This document shows, piece after piece, positions 21,901 through 30,261 of a stretch of 64,000 nucleotides of DNA. The DNA is from Acidobacteriota bacterium (GTDB lineage Bacteria; Acidobacteriota; UBA6911; RPQK01; JAJDTT01): contig OZ253580.1 in the NCBI GenBank assembly GCA_965263035.1, forward strand, positions 4,096,001-4,160,000, written 5' to 3'. Every line of letters starts with the position of its first letter. Within the stretch, counting starts at the first letter, position 1. The notes under the pieces were generated by a model. It was given only the letters and a program-made list of their open reading frames with translations, was not told the DNA's origin and did not search any database. A program made the translations under genes and the position numbers.

Positions 21901-22274
21901 ACCAGACCTGCAATGACCCGAACGGGGGGCCCAAGGCCGTCCGTGGTCAATGGTTCAATACGCGGTGCTATGAGGTGCCCAGCGCCGGATCCCTCGGCAA
22001 TGCGCAGATCAACTCCATCGTCGGGCCCGGAGCCTGGATCTTCAATCTGAACCCGTACAAGGAGTTCGAGCTCAACTTCCTCCGCGAAGGCGCCCGGATC
22101 CAGCTCGGAGCCAACATCGTCAACGTCCTCAATCATCCCGTCTACGGCAACCCCGTCACCACCGTGAACAGCGCCACCGCCGGCCAGATCCGGGGATCGG
22201 GGAATGCTCGGGGGATGTGGCACGATTCCTTGGGTCAGCGCAAGGTCGTGGTGGATATGCGGTTCATCTTTTGA
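18906..22274 (+). CDS. TonB-dependent receptor, Acidobacteria type (carboxypeptidase-regulatory N-domain)
   Basis: G.VRDSTGGVIPG, G.Y.....PG.Y.VEAE..GF, KSGTNEYH, FIQDDFRI...LNISYGLRW, PRVGFAY, C-terminal Phe (RFIF); start may be 18942. Confidence 0.92.
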   Translation: MRIRKQIFGIGPMKSVVVLAALCGLLLPSMVTAQTMNSDLTGVVRDSTGGVIPGVTAMATNESNRAQRSAVTNDLGVYRLAGIQPGTYTVEAELTGFKRFVQTGIVVSPGLLRRVDIVLDVGDVTDSVIVTDEVPVIQSNNATISTALPSQVRDKPIASMTRGALLGEQMIWAAGSAAGGVYGFVGNRADMNQYNVEGMQYNFISASVSNNIIQEVSAVLSNAPAEYARPVTLNATLKSGTNEYHAEYWMAAVNPCLNALRSPFSPARASRAPCVTAKRQFFNVGGPILKDRVFFFYSWARPNSFSNLSNSRPQSFPSLRMQGGDFSLYPSKIIDPTTGEQFPGNVIPAGRISSVAQAIMNDFMGSSVNYLGAPESYTNNVQQLAGRYRQDNDHNIKTDFNVGGNDSFSFHAVRHKVLSNTDRHHPSTGTSNALHTTLQDNVFNWQSGVTHSHVFGPGVVNQMRLGATRFVYIHRQLKDWEGDAESAQGPEFVDRWGLQGVAVPDLSGMPHINIANWLRTYSDNESATYDTRYSFFNDLSVTEGNHNIKIGVSAVKLLHDGPANGFYFGNFNFSNIFTGAQVAKDPMTCAAPAVCGDGFADFLLGLPSSQTRYQPRSVIARRKWEWGAFIQDDFRINDKLNISYGLRWSRYTVPYDKNGMYYNFDPDSLSIVVPNEFARERIHPSWPTHTFPIKLAGEAGFPGKLIEGSNSWQPRVGFAYRMTPKTVLRGGWGIYNGASRFLPLQAFGPFVVSESFTNEVRTGSPTGTLYSWPNAFPTASDVITVSSAFGFAKDYHEAWTHNWNVTYEREIATNWGVQATYRGVKSNDLLWGRNLNAIMASGTPWSRDRLPWPNLGSVNFVENGGDSIYNGIEFRLTHPWVNGLHSQLSLTKQWSGGLNAPIWATDQGITWPEYPFDLDRDRVAMATPWPSHDILWNFIAEMPFGRGKRFFADLNPVMNAIAGNWTFTGAFSWRSGIGLTPNWGGVDFANYGRFGGRPNQTCNDPNGGPKAVRGQWFNTRCYEVPSAGSLGNAQINSIVGPGAWIFNLNPYKEFELNFLREGARIQLGANIVNVLNHPVYGNPVTTVNSATAGQIRGSGNARGMWHDSLGQRKVVVDMRFIF

Positions 22275-22281
22275 GAAACAC

Positions 22282-22310
22282 GTAGGGGCGCCCCTTATGG
22301 GCGCCCTCTT
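22282..22310 (+). repeat. GTAG-type REP element
   Basis: GTAGGGGCGCCCCTTATGGGCGCCCTCTT; near-identical copy at 41687. Confidence 0.7.
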
Positions 22311-22720
22311 TCGTCCTCTGAGGAGGATCGACTTGGAGGGGGGGCATTCTTGTCCCCCACTCTTCCTCCACGTTCCATTGGGAGTCAGCGGCTAGGAGTC
22401 TGCGCGGTAGAAATGATCGTAGCGAGAAAGCGGGGAATCGAGGCCAGATTTTCTCGATTTGGAGGTGCATAGTTGTTCTATTCGCCGACAAATCGGGGAA
22501 ATATGGGCCGATTCCACCGCTTTCGCAGTAGATCAATTTCTGCGGCGCAGGCTCCTAGAGAGCCGTTGCTCCAACGCTGCCGGAACCAAGGACGAGTTTC
22601 TCCCACTAATTCGCCGGGGCCCCGGCCGGTGGGGGAGCTTCTAACGGCCTGCGCCGAGTGATTGGATATTCTTCCAACCGGGCGGCGGGCGGCTTTCGTG
22701 GGCCGGAATCGGGGGGTGAA

Positions 22721-25039
22721 ATGGCATCCAAGCGGCGATCCACCGGCGGTTCCATCGTTCCGGCTCTGAAGGGCCGTTCGGAGCGGATCGGACACGGTTG
22801 GTTTTGGCCCCCGGCCGGAATTCTCCTTCTAATGATCCCGTTAGCGGGCTTCCTGCCGAGTTGCACCCAGTCTCCCTCCTCGCCGGTGAGTGTCGTGGTC
22901 GGGCCTTCGGCTTCCGAGTTGGAGCAGTTCGCGGCCAGCGAGCTTTGCGGTTACCTGGAACAGCTCTTCGACGTTCGGGTCCGCCCGGTCTCCGAACCGC
23001 CCGCCTCCACCGAAGCGGTTCTCCTTCTGGGCTCGCCTGAGACCAACCCCCTTCTCGGCCAGGCGCTTCCAGCCGGCTCGTTTCCCGAACTGACCGATCA
23101 AGGCCTGGTGCTGCGGACCATCGACTTCGAAGGCCGGCCGGCGCTTGTGGTCGGCGGCGGAAGTCCCCGCGCCACCCTGTGGGCGGTCTACGAGCTGGCC
23201 GAGCGCTGGGGTGTCCGGTACCTCATCGACCGCGACGTCCTGCCTCCGAAGAAGCCGTTCCAGCTTCCGCAACTGGACGCGGTCATGGAGCCGGTCTTCC
23301 GGGTTCGCGCCCACCCCACCATCCAGGATCTGGTGGCCAGCATGGAGGGATGGGGCATCTCCGACTTCCGGCCTCTGATCGATCAGTTGGCCAAGATGAA
23401 GTTCACCCGGATCAACGTCTATGCCTTCGGATGGCAGCCCTACCTGCACTGGGAGCACAAGGGAATTGAGCGCAGTTCGGCCCATCTCTGGTACGGCTAC
23501 CACTATCCCATCACTCCGGACACCATCGGGCGGTCCCTTTTCGGAGACGTTTCCCAGTATTGGAATCGCGATCTTCCGCTCACCTCCTCCTATCCCGAAT
23601 TGATCGAGGCGGGGCAGCAACTGGTTCGAAACCTGATGGACCATATCCACAAACGGGGCATGGAGACCGCGTATGCCGCTCCGGTGATCGACTTCCCGCC
23701 GGAGTTCGCGCCGCTGCTCGACGGCGCCGAGCAGAGCGCGCAACTGAGTGGGATGTCGGTGGTTCCTGGACAAGACACGCCTCTGGAGGACCCCGAGCTC
23801 TTCGGCCTCTCCGCCGCCGTCCTGCGGGCGACGCTCAACAGCTATCCCAAGACCGACGTGATCACCGTGTTCATGCCGGAGTTCCGGCAATGGATCGGGG
23901 AGTACGAGCGGGCGTGGGAGGCCCTCGACGAAAAATACGGAGTCGGGGAGCTGCTCTCCCTGAGCCGGATCACCTCCGACGTGCAGCATCGCAAGGGATC
24001 GGAAGGGAGTCCCGAGCGGGCGCTCAACGAGCTCAAGGGGGATATCGCCAACCTCTACTTCTTCGACCGGCTCCTGCGCGACCCCGAGGTATTGAAGGGA
24101 ACCTCGCGCTCCCGGATCCGGGTCAACTGTTTCGGAGTCTCGGAAGAGCTCTATCCGATCCTGGACCGGATCTGGCCGGCGGACTGGACTCTGGAGAGCA
24201 TGCCCTCCAATCAGCCGGTCCACCTCCTGCGGCGGATCGAGATTCTCAAGGATCTCCCTTCTCAAGTCCTGGGCATCCTGAACCTGACTCTGGACGACGA
24301 CAACATCGGAGTCATGCCCCAGCTCACCACCAACTCGCTGTACGAGATCATCCAGGTCATGCACCGTCACGGTTGGCAGGGAGTCATCGCCCGGGAGCGA
24401 TTCCCCGGAGACCATGACTGGCCCCTCGCCTACCTTGCGCGTGCGTCCTGGGATCCGGACGTCACTCCCGACGCGGTGGCGCGGGATCAGTTGAAGGCGA
24501 TCTGCGGCGAGGGATGCGTCGAGGACATGCTGGCGGCGTACCATGAAGTGGAGGCGGTGACCATCGCCTTGGCCAGGTCGGCATTCGCGTTTCCGGCGGA
24601 CTGGCCTCCGGCGACGTCATTTTCGCCGGGCGGCATGTTGATGAAATACTGGTATCTGAAGGACCGCGCGACTCCGCCCTATGTTGACGAGGCCCATGAG
24701 GGCTATTCACGGGCTCTGGAGTCGGCCCGGAAGGCCCGCGCCCAGGCGACACCGGAGGGTCGCTGGTACGTGGATTTCTGGGTCGGCCGCCTGGAGTTCG
24801 CCCAGCACTACGTGGAGGCGGTGCAGGCGGTTCACCGGTCCGCCACCGCATTCCGTTCCGGCGACCGGGCCGGCGCCGTCAAGGAAGCCGACCAGGCCAT
24901 GGCCGTTCTGCGAAAGGGCCTGGAAGCCTATGTCCCGGTAGTGCGCAACCGGACCGACCTGGCGGCCATTGCTTTGGTCAACCAGTCGTACCGGCAACTG
25001 TTTCAAAGGCGATGGTCGGTGAAGACCTGGGGCTACTGA
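22721..25039 (+). CDS. Paralog 1: uncharacterised secreted/lipoprotein with GH20/GH67-like zincin N-domain
   Basis: FAASELCGYL, GGGSPRATLWAVYELAERWG, IDQLAKMKF, TLDDD, ARERFP; hydrophobic leader ending in LPSC. Confidence 0.75.
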   Translation: MASKRRSTGGSIVPALKGRSERIGHGWFWPPAGILLLMIPLAGFLPSCTQSPSSPVSVVVGPSASELEQFAASELCGYLEQLFDVRVRPVSEPPASTEAVLLLGSPETNPLLGQALPAGSFPELTDQGLVLRTIDFEGRPALVVGGGSPRATLWAVYELAERWGVRYLIDRDVLPPKKPFQLPQLDAVMEPVFRVRAHPTIQDLVASMEGWGISDFRPLIDQLAKMKFTRINVYAFGWQPYLHWEHKGIERSSAHLWYGYHYPITPDTIGRSLFGDVSQYWNRDLPLTSSYPELIEAGQQLVRNLMDHIHKRGMETAYAAPVIDFPPEFAPLLDGAEQSAQLSGMSVVPGQDTPLEDPELFGLSAAVLRATLNSYPKTDVITVFMPEFRQWIGEYERAWEALDEKYGVGELLSLSRITSDVQHRKGSEGSPERALNELKGDIANLYFFDRLLRDPEVLKGTSRSRIRVNCFGVSEELYPILDRIWPADWTLESMPSNQPVHLLRRIEILKDLPSQVLGILNLTLDDDNIGVMPQLTTNSLYEIIQVMHRHGWQGVIARERFPGDHDWPLAYLARASWDPDVTPDAVARDQLKAICGEGCVEDMLAAYHEVEAVTIALARSAFAFPADWPPATSFSPGGMLMKYWYLKDRATPPYVDEAHEGYSRALESARKARAQATPEGRWYVDFWVGRLEFAQHYVEAVQAVHRSATAFRSGDRAGAVKEADQAMAVLRKGLEAYVPVVRNRTDLAAIALVNQSYRQLFQRRWSVKTWGY

Positions 25040-25087
25040 CCGGCCTCCCTGCCTTCGACGCCGACCGATATCAAGGAAGGGAGATCC

Positions 25088-26026
25088 ATGGTCACACGAC
25101 GAGAGTTCATGGGGTATGTTGCCGGGGGGGCCCTGGTGAACTTCCTGGATCCGGGCGCCGCCCTCGGACATGGAGAGGCCGGGGAGCCGAGGCTGACCCT
25201 CCGGCCCTATGAGTGGGAAGGCCCCTATGCCGAATTCCGCAATCAAGGGGCGCGGCATGACTGGCGCCTGTGTGCTGCATTGCGGGCTCCCTGGATGAGC
25301 TCGGAGGAGCGCCTGATCCTCCGGACCTCCGAGATCGTGGGCTACGAGCAGGCTTACCTCTACGACGATCATTTCCCGCCCTACCAGCCGGAGGGCAGGG
25401 GAAAAGGGTATCGCCACATTCCTTTCGAGTGGCGTGAAACGAGCGGTGACGAGGAACTTTCGGCGGACTGTCCGGTTCCCGGACACGGCCGTTTCTGGCT
25501 CCATCTGTCGGCTCGGAGCGACTACCTGGACATCCGTCTGGGGATTCAGAACGGCCTCGGCCGTCCCATGGGGAAGGTGGATTGGCATTTCTGCGTGGTG
25601 GGACTCGAGAGCCGTTTCTCGGACCCCGGTCGGAAGCGAACCTACCTTTTCGACGAGGGTCGGCTGCGCACCTTCAACGAGCTGAGCGGCGGCCCCAAGA
25701 TGGAACTGTTCAACGTTCACGGCGCCGGCGGGTTCATCCCGGTCGGACACGAAATGCTTCCCGTGAGTCCCGCCATCGCCGAAGCGCCCCTCGTGATCGT
25801 CCAGTCCTCGGACCGGCGGCACGTAGCGGCCCTGGCCTTTGAACGGGCCTACGCCATCTACGGCGATCCTGTCGGGAACAAGTGCTTCCACGCCGATCCC
25901 TATTTCGGTTCTCTCACCACGGCCGGCGAGGAACGCCGCCTCAAAGGCCGGCTCTACGTCATGCGAGGGACGCCGCAGGATGCCCTCGACCGCTACCGGA
26001 GAGACTTCCAATCCGGCGCGGCGTAG
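25088..26026 (+). CDS. Hypothetical Tat-exported protein
   Basis: TRREFM twin-arginine motif, GGAGA RBS, host-like codon usage. Confidence 0.7.
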   Translation: MVTRREFMGYVAGGALVNFLDPGAALGHGEAGEPRLTLRPYEWEGPYAEFRNQGARHDWRLCAALRAPWMSSEERLILRTSEIVGYEQAYLYDDHFPPYQPEGRGKGYRHIPFEWRETSGDEELSADCPVPGHGRFWLHLSARSDYLDIRLGIQNGLGRPMGKVDWHFCVVGLESRFSDPGRKRTYLFDEGRLRTFNELSGGPKMELFNVHGAGGFIPVGHEMLPVSPAIAEAPLVIVQSSDRRHVAALAFERAYAIYGDPVGNKCFHADPYFGSLTTAGEERRLKGRLYVMRGTPQDALDRYRRDFQSGAA

Positions 26027-26112
26027 TGACGGCAACGCTGAAGAACGTTATTGGGAGCGCTTCGACCCTTCCTGACGATCCTTTCTGACTCTGAAACACG
26101 GGAGTGTCTCCA

Positions 26113-27174
26113 ATGAGCCAACGCGTTCGTTTCGGCATGCTCGGGACGGGCAACTTCTCGCCCTTCCTGGCCCAGTACATCAATGAAGTGGCGGAGGTGG
26201 TTGCCATCTGCGATCCCAGTCCGGAAGCCAGAGCCCGTTTCATGGAGATGACGGGCCGGGACGTTCTCCAGTTCGAAGACTACCGGCGGCTGCTGGAGGA
26301 GGCGGAGATCGATGCGGTGGCCCTGACGGGACCGAATCACACCCACAAGCCGATGGCGGTGGCCGCCGCCGGATTCGGCAGGCACGTGTTCTGTGAGAAG
26401 GCCATGGCGCCCACGGTGCCGGATTGCTGGGAAATGGTGCGTGCCTGCGAGAGTGCCGGGGTTCGCCTGATGGTCGGGCACAAGCGCCGGCTTCGACCTC
26501 CCTGGGCCCGGATGATCCAGCTTCGGGAACTGTTGGGACCGGTCCACGCCATGTCCACCATCGGCTACTTCGACGCGCGTCAAGATGGCTTTCGGGGATG
26601 GTGGACCCGGCAGGCCGAGAGCGGAGGCGTGCTGGCCTGCTCGGGGGTCCACGAGCTCGACTGGATGCGCGCCATGTGCGGCGACGTGGTGGCGGTGAGC
26701 GCCGTCTGCGGACCTGGGATAGACTCTCGCTATGACTTCTCCGACTCGATCCATGTCCTGCTTCGCTTCAGCACGGGAGCGACCGGCTTTCTGGGGGTGT
26801 CTCTGTCCTATCCCCTGACCCGGTACCGGCAGGTCTACGGCGCCGACGCCGTCTGCAGCCGGGGAGGCATGCGGTTGGTCACCTCATTTCAGCACGTCGA
26901 CCTCTACTGGAAGCTGCTGACGGAATCCGACGAGCATCATGAACGATTCGAGGAACCCGGCGGGAACCCGGTCGGCGCCGAGGAGGCCCTGCGGAAGGAG
27001 ACCCGGGAATTCGTCCGCTGGATCACCGACGGGACCGACCCCTGTCTGACTTGGCGGGAGGGGCTCCGCTGCGTGGAGCTGATCGAAGCCGCAAACCGGT
27101 CCCAGGCCAGGCAGGGGGAGTGGGTCCAGCTTCCGCTCTACCCGGAGCTGGAAGCGAAAAACGTCGGGTCTTGA
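26113..27174 (+). CDS. Gfo/Idh/MocA family oxidoreductase
   Basis: GMLGTG, HVFCEKAMA, VGHKRR, GVHELD. Confidence 0.92.
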   Translation: MSQRVRFGMLGTGNFSPFLAQYINEVAEVVAICDPSPEARARFMEMTGRDVLQFEDYRRLLEEAEIDAVALTGPNHTHKPMAVAAAGFGRHVFCEKAMAPTVPDCWEMVRACESAGVRLMVGHKRRLRPPWARMIQLRELLGPVHAMSTIGYFDARQDGFRGWWTRQAESGGVLACSGVHELDWMRAMCGDVVAVSAVCGPGIDSRYDFSDSIHVLLRFSTGATGFLGVSLSYPLTRYRQVYGADAVCSRGGMRLVTSFQHVDLYWKLLTESDEHHERFEEPGGNPVGAEEALRKETREFVRWITDGTDPCLTWREGLRCVELIEAANRSQARQGEWVQLPLYPELEAKNVGS

Positions 27175-27181
27175 CGGTGTA

Positions 27182-27230
27182 TTTACTATTGATAGAGAAT
27201 TTTAGCTCATTTTTATCTATCAATAGTAAA
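27182..27230. repeat. AT-rich perfect 15-bp inverted repeat with 19-bp spacer
   Basis: TTTACTATTGATAGA (27182-27196) / TCTATCAATAGTAAA (27216-27230). Confidence 0.85.
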
Positions 27231-27334
27231 ATGTTGTCGTTTGGGGCAAATCTGGAGCGACGGATTTGCAGCGGCCGCTTTCGAGCCGCCGAACTCACGC
27301 GACCGCATCGGAGCATAAGAGTCTGGCCCGCGTG

Positions 27335-29086
27335 ATGAGAAAAACAGGGGATCGAGCTCGTCTGGCTCTGGTCTGCCTTTCGCTGTTGTTGGCGGCGCTC
27401 GAGGGGACTGGGTCGAAGCCCTCGGCAGCCGGCGGCGAAGCGGCGATTCTGGACTTGGCGCCCGTCGTGTTCGAAGAACTGGGCGCCGCCTCGGGCGTCG
27501 ACTTCGTACTGCGCAACTCCGCCACTCCCCGCAAGTACCAGATCGAACCCATGATCGCGGGGGTCGCTCTCTTCGACTACGACAACGACGGTTACCTGGA
27601 CATCTACCTGGTCAACGGCGCGGAGATTCCGGCGCTCGAAAAGACGGGGCCCCGGTACTTCAACCGCCTCTACCGGAACCAGGGGAACGGGACCTTCCGC
27701 GACGTGACGCTCGCGGCCGGTGTCCAGGGAAAGGGTTATTCCATGGCCGCGGGGGCCGCGGACTACGACAACGACGGCTGGCAGGATCTCTACGTGGCGG
27801 GGGTCAATCGGAACTCTTTGTACCGCAACAACGGCGACGGGACCTTCTCCGACGTGACGGCCAGGGCGGGCGTCGCCGGAATTCATCCCCGGTTCGGCAA
27901 GACCTGGGCGGTCGCGGCCGGGTGGTTCGACTACGACAATGACGGCTGGCTGGACCTCTTCGTCGCCAACTATGTGGCCTGGGGTTTCGACAAGGATCCC
28001 TTCTGCGGCTGGGAGCACACGCGAGTCCGCATCTACTGCCACCCGTCCTACTTCGAACCGCTTCCGAATTTCCTTTTCCGAAACCATGGAAACGGCACCT
28101 TCAGCGACGTGTCGGCCGAGTCCGGAATCGGCCGGCACCTGGGTAAAGGAATGGGAGTGGCGTTCGCCGATTACGACGACGACGGAGACCTGGATGTCTT
28201 CGTGGCCAACGACAAGGCGCGGAGCCTGTTGTTTCGGAACGACGGCAAGGGCGTATTTTCGGAGCAAGGCATTCCCGCGGGCGTCGCCTACAACGGCGAC
28301 GGCAGGATGCTCTCCTGCATGGGCGTGGATTTCCGGGACATCGACAACGACGGCCGGCCCGATCTCTTCATTACCGCGTTGACCAACGAGACCTTCCCCT
28401 ACTATCACAATGAAGGGGGCGGGATATTCGACGACTTCACCCGGCGCAGCGAGCTCGCCCGACTCAGCATCACCATGAGCGGATGGAGCAACGGGATCTA
28501 CGACCTGAACAACGACGGCTGGAAGGACCTGTTTTCGGCCAATTCCTACATCGAGGACATCGACCACATCATTACCAACTATCCCTACCGGCAGAGGAAC
28601 GCCGTCTTCGCCAACCGGGGCGGACGCTTCGTGGACCATTCCGGCGGCGCCGGGCCCGGCTTCCAGGCGGCGGGCGCCCACCGCGGCTGCGCCTTCGGAG
28701 ACTTGGACAACGACGGTCGGGTCGACGTCGTGGCCACCCGCTTTGACGAGCCGGCGAGAATCTTTCGCAACGTTTCGCCAAGGAAGCAACACTGGCTGCT
28801 GGTGGAGTTGGCGGGCACCCGGAGCAACCGGGACGGGATCGGGGCCAAGTTGGTCCTGGAGTCGGCCGGCGGTGTTCAGCACAATCACGTGACGACCAGC
28901 GTCGGATATGGCGGTTCCAGCGATCGCCGCGTCCACTTCGGCCTGGGACCGGACGAGACCGTCGAACGGCTCGAAATTCGGTGGCCGAGCGGAATTCGGC
29001 AGCAACTGATGGACGTCCCCGCCAATCAGGTGCTCCGGGTCGAGGAACCGGGACCGGCTACAGTACGCCCGAAGGCAGGGAACTAA
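27335..29086 (+). CDS. CRTAC1 family protein (FG-GAP/VCBS repeats + ASPIC/UnbV)
   Basis: Repeated DYDNDGxLD and LYRNxGxGTFxDV; C-terminal SNRDGIGA, HFGLG, IRWPSG. Confidence 0.93.
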   Translation: MRKTGDRARLALVCLSLLLAALEGTGSKPSAAGGEAAILDLAPVVFEELGAASGVDFVLRNSATPRKYQIEPMIAGVALFDYDNDGYLDIYLVNGAEIPALEKTGPRYFNRLYRNQGNGTFRDVTLAAGVQGKGYSMAAGAADYDNDGWQDLYVAGVNRNSLYRNNGDGTFSDVTARAGVAGIHPRFGKTWAVAAGWFDYDNDGWLDLFVANYVAWGFDKDPFCGWEHTRVRIYCHPSYFEPLPNFLFRNHGNGTFSDVSAESGIGRHLGKGMGVAFADYDDDGDLDVFVANDKARSLLFRNDGKGVFSEQGIPAGVAYNGDGRMLSCMGVDFRDIDNDGRPDLFITALTNETFPYYHNEGGGIFDDFTRRSELARLSITMSGWSNGIYDLNNDGWKDLFSANSYIEDIDHIITNYPYRQRNAVFANRGGRFVDHSGGAGPGFQAAGAHRGCAFGDLDNDGRVDVVATRFDEPARIFRNVSPRKQHWLLVELAGTRSNRDGIGAKLVLESAGGVQHNHVTTSVGYGGSSDRRVHFGLGPDETVERLEIRWPSGIRQQLMDVPANQVLRVEEPGPATVRPKAGN

Positions 29087-29110
29087 CGGCCTGTGGCCGG
29101 GGTTGATCGC

Positions 29111-30196
29111 TTACTGCTGTTCCACGTAGACCGCGTTGCGGGCGTGTTCCTCAGCTTTTCCGGCGTCGCCCAGCGCCGTGTAGATTCGGGCCAGCAGATA
29201 GTGGATTCGATAGTCGGAGCGGTCCAGAGTCACGGCTCGGTCCGCTTCCCGCGCCGCTTCTGCAAAGCGCTTCATCTGGAAGAGAACCTTGGCGAGCTCG
29301 TAGTACGCTTCCGGATCCTGAGGGGCGAACCGGGTCACGGCTCTGAACTGCTCACAACTCTCGTCCGCTCGGTCCAACCCGGCGAGGAACAGCCCGAAAG
29401 CGATGTGAATCCCCTTGTCCGGAGGGGTCCGGAGGCGGTTTCTCTCGATGCCTTGGACGAACACCCTCACAGCCCGGGCGGATTCGCCCATCCGGGCCAG
29501 GGTTTGCGCCAAATGCGCATAGATCTCGACCACCTGCGGATTGAGTTTCAGAGCGTTCTCCAGCGCTTCTCTGGCCATGCCCAACTGGTGGGACAGAAAG
29601 TAGGAGCGTCCCAGCAGAAACCAGGTATTGGCATCCTCGTCGTCCAACTCCAGAGCGGTCCGGAAGGCGGAGAGGGCCTGGGGAAAATCCTCGACCGTGG
29701 CGTAGATCATCCCCAGCGCCGTATGGGCTCTGGCATATCGATTGTCCAGCGCAATGGCCTTTCGAGCGGACTCGATGGCCGGCTCGAATTTCCCTTGATT
29801 GAGCTGGACGCCGGCCAACAGGGTGTGGGCTTCCGGAGATTCCTGGTAGCGGAGGTGGGTTCGGAGGAATTCCTCGGCCAGCTCGGGCTGGCCCACCGCG
29901 TAGTAGATCGTTCCCAGCCTCAGCTGCGCTTTCGGGTAGTGGGGACTCGTCTCGGTGATCCGGCGGAAGAGCGGTTCCGCGGCCGGGAAGTTCCGCTTGC
30001 GAAACAGCCGTTCGGCTTCCTCGAACGGACCGTCTCCTGCCTCCGAAACCTGGGGTACGGCCGTTTTCCCACCTGGGAAATTAACAAGGGCCGGGGTTGC
30101 CGGCAGCAGTCCGGCGGGCGAGGCCAGCATCATGGCCAACGCCAACAGTCCAGCTTTATCGGGCCGATCCATTTCGCGGTTCCACCTGCTCGCCAA
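29111..30196 (-). CDS. Tetratricopeptide repeat protein, secreted
   Basis: Multiple 34-aa helical repeats (AH..LG..Y, A....ALEL.P); signal-like N-terminus. Confidence 0.88.
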   Translation of the reverse strand: MASRWNREMDRPDKAGLLALAMMLASPAGLLPATPALVNFPGGKTAVPQVSEAGDGPFEEAERLFRKRNFPAAEPLFRRITETSPHYPKAQLRLGTIYYAVGQPELAEEFLRTHLRYQESPEAHTLLAGVQLNQGKFEPAIESARKAIALDNRYARAHTALGMIYATVEDFPQALSAFRTALELDDEDANTWFLLGRSYFLSHQLGMAREALENALKLNPQVVEIYAHLAQTLARMGESARAVRVFVQGIERNRLRTPPDKGIHIAFGLFLAGLDRADESCEQFRAVTRFAPQDPEAYYELAKVLFQMKRFAEAAREADRAVTLDRSDYRIHYLLARIYTALGDAGKAEEHARNAVYVEQQ

Positions 30197-30261
30197 AACG
30201 GAAAGATGAATTCCGCCGGGCGTTCAATCGGTTGCCCGGGCCGTCGACGTCTCAGACCCGG

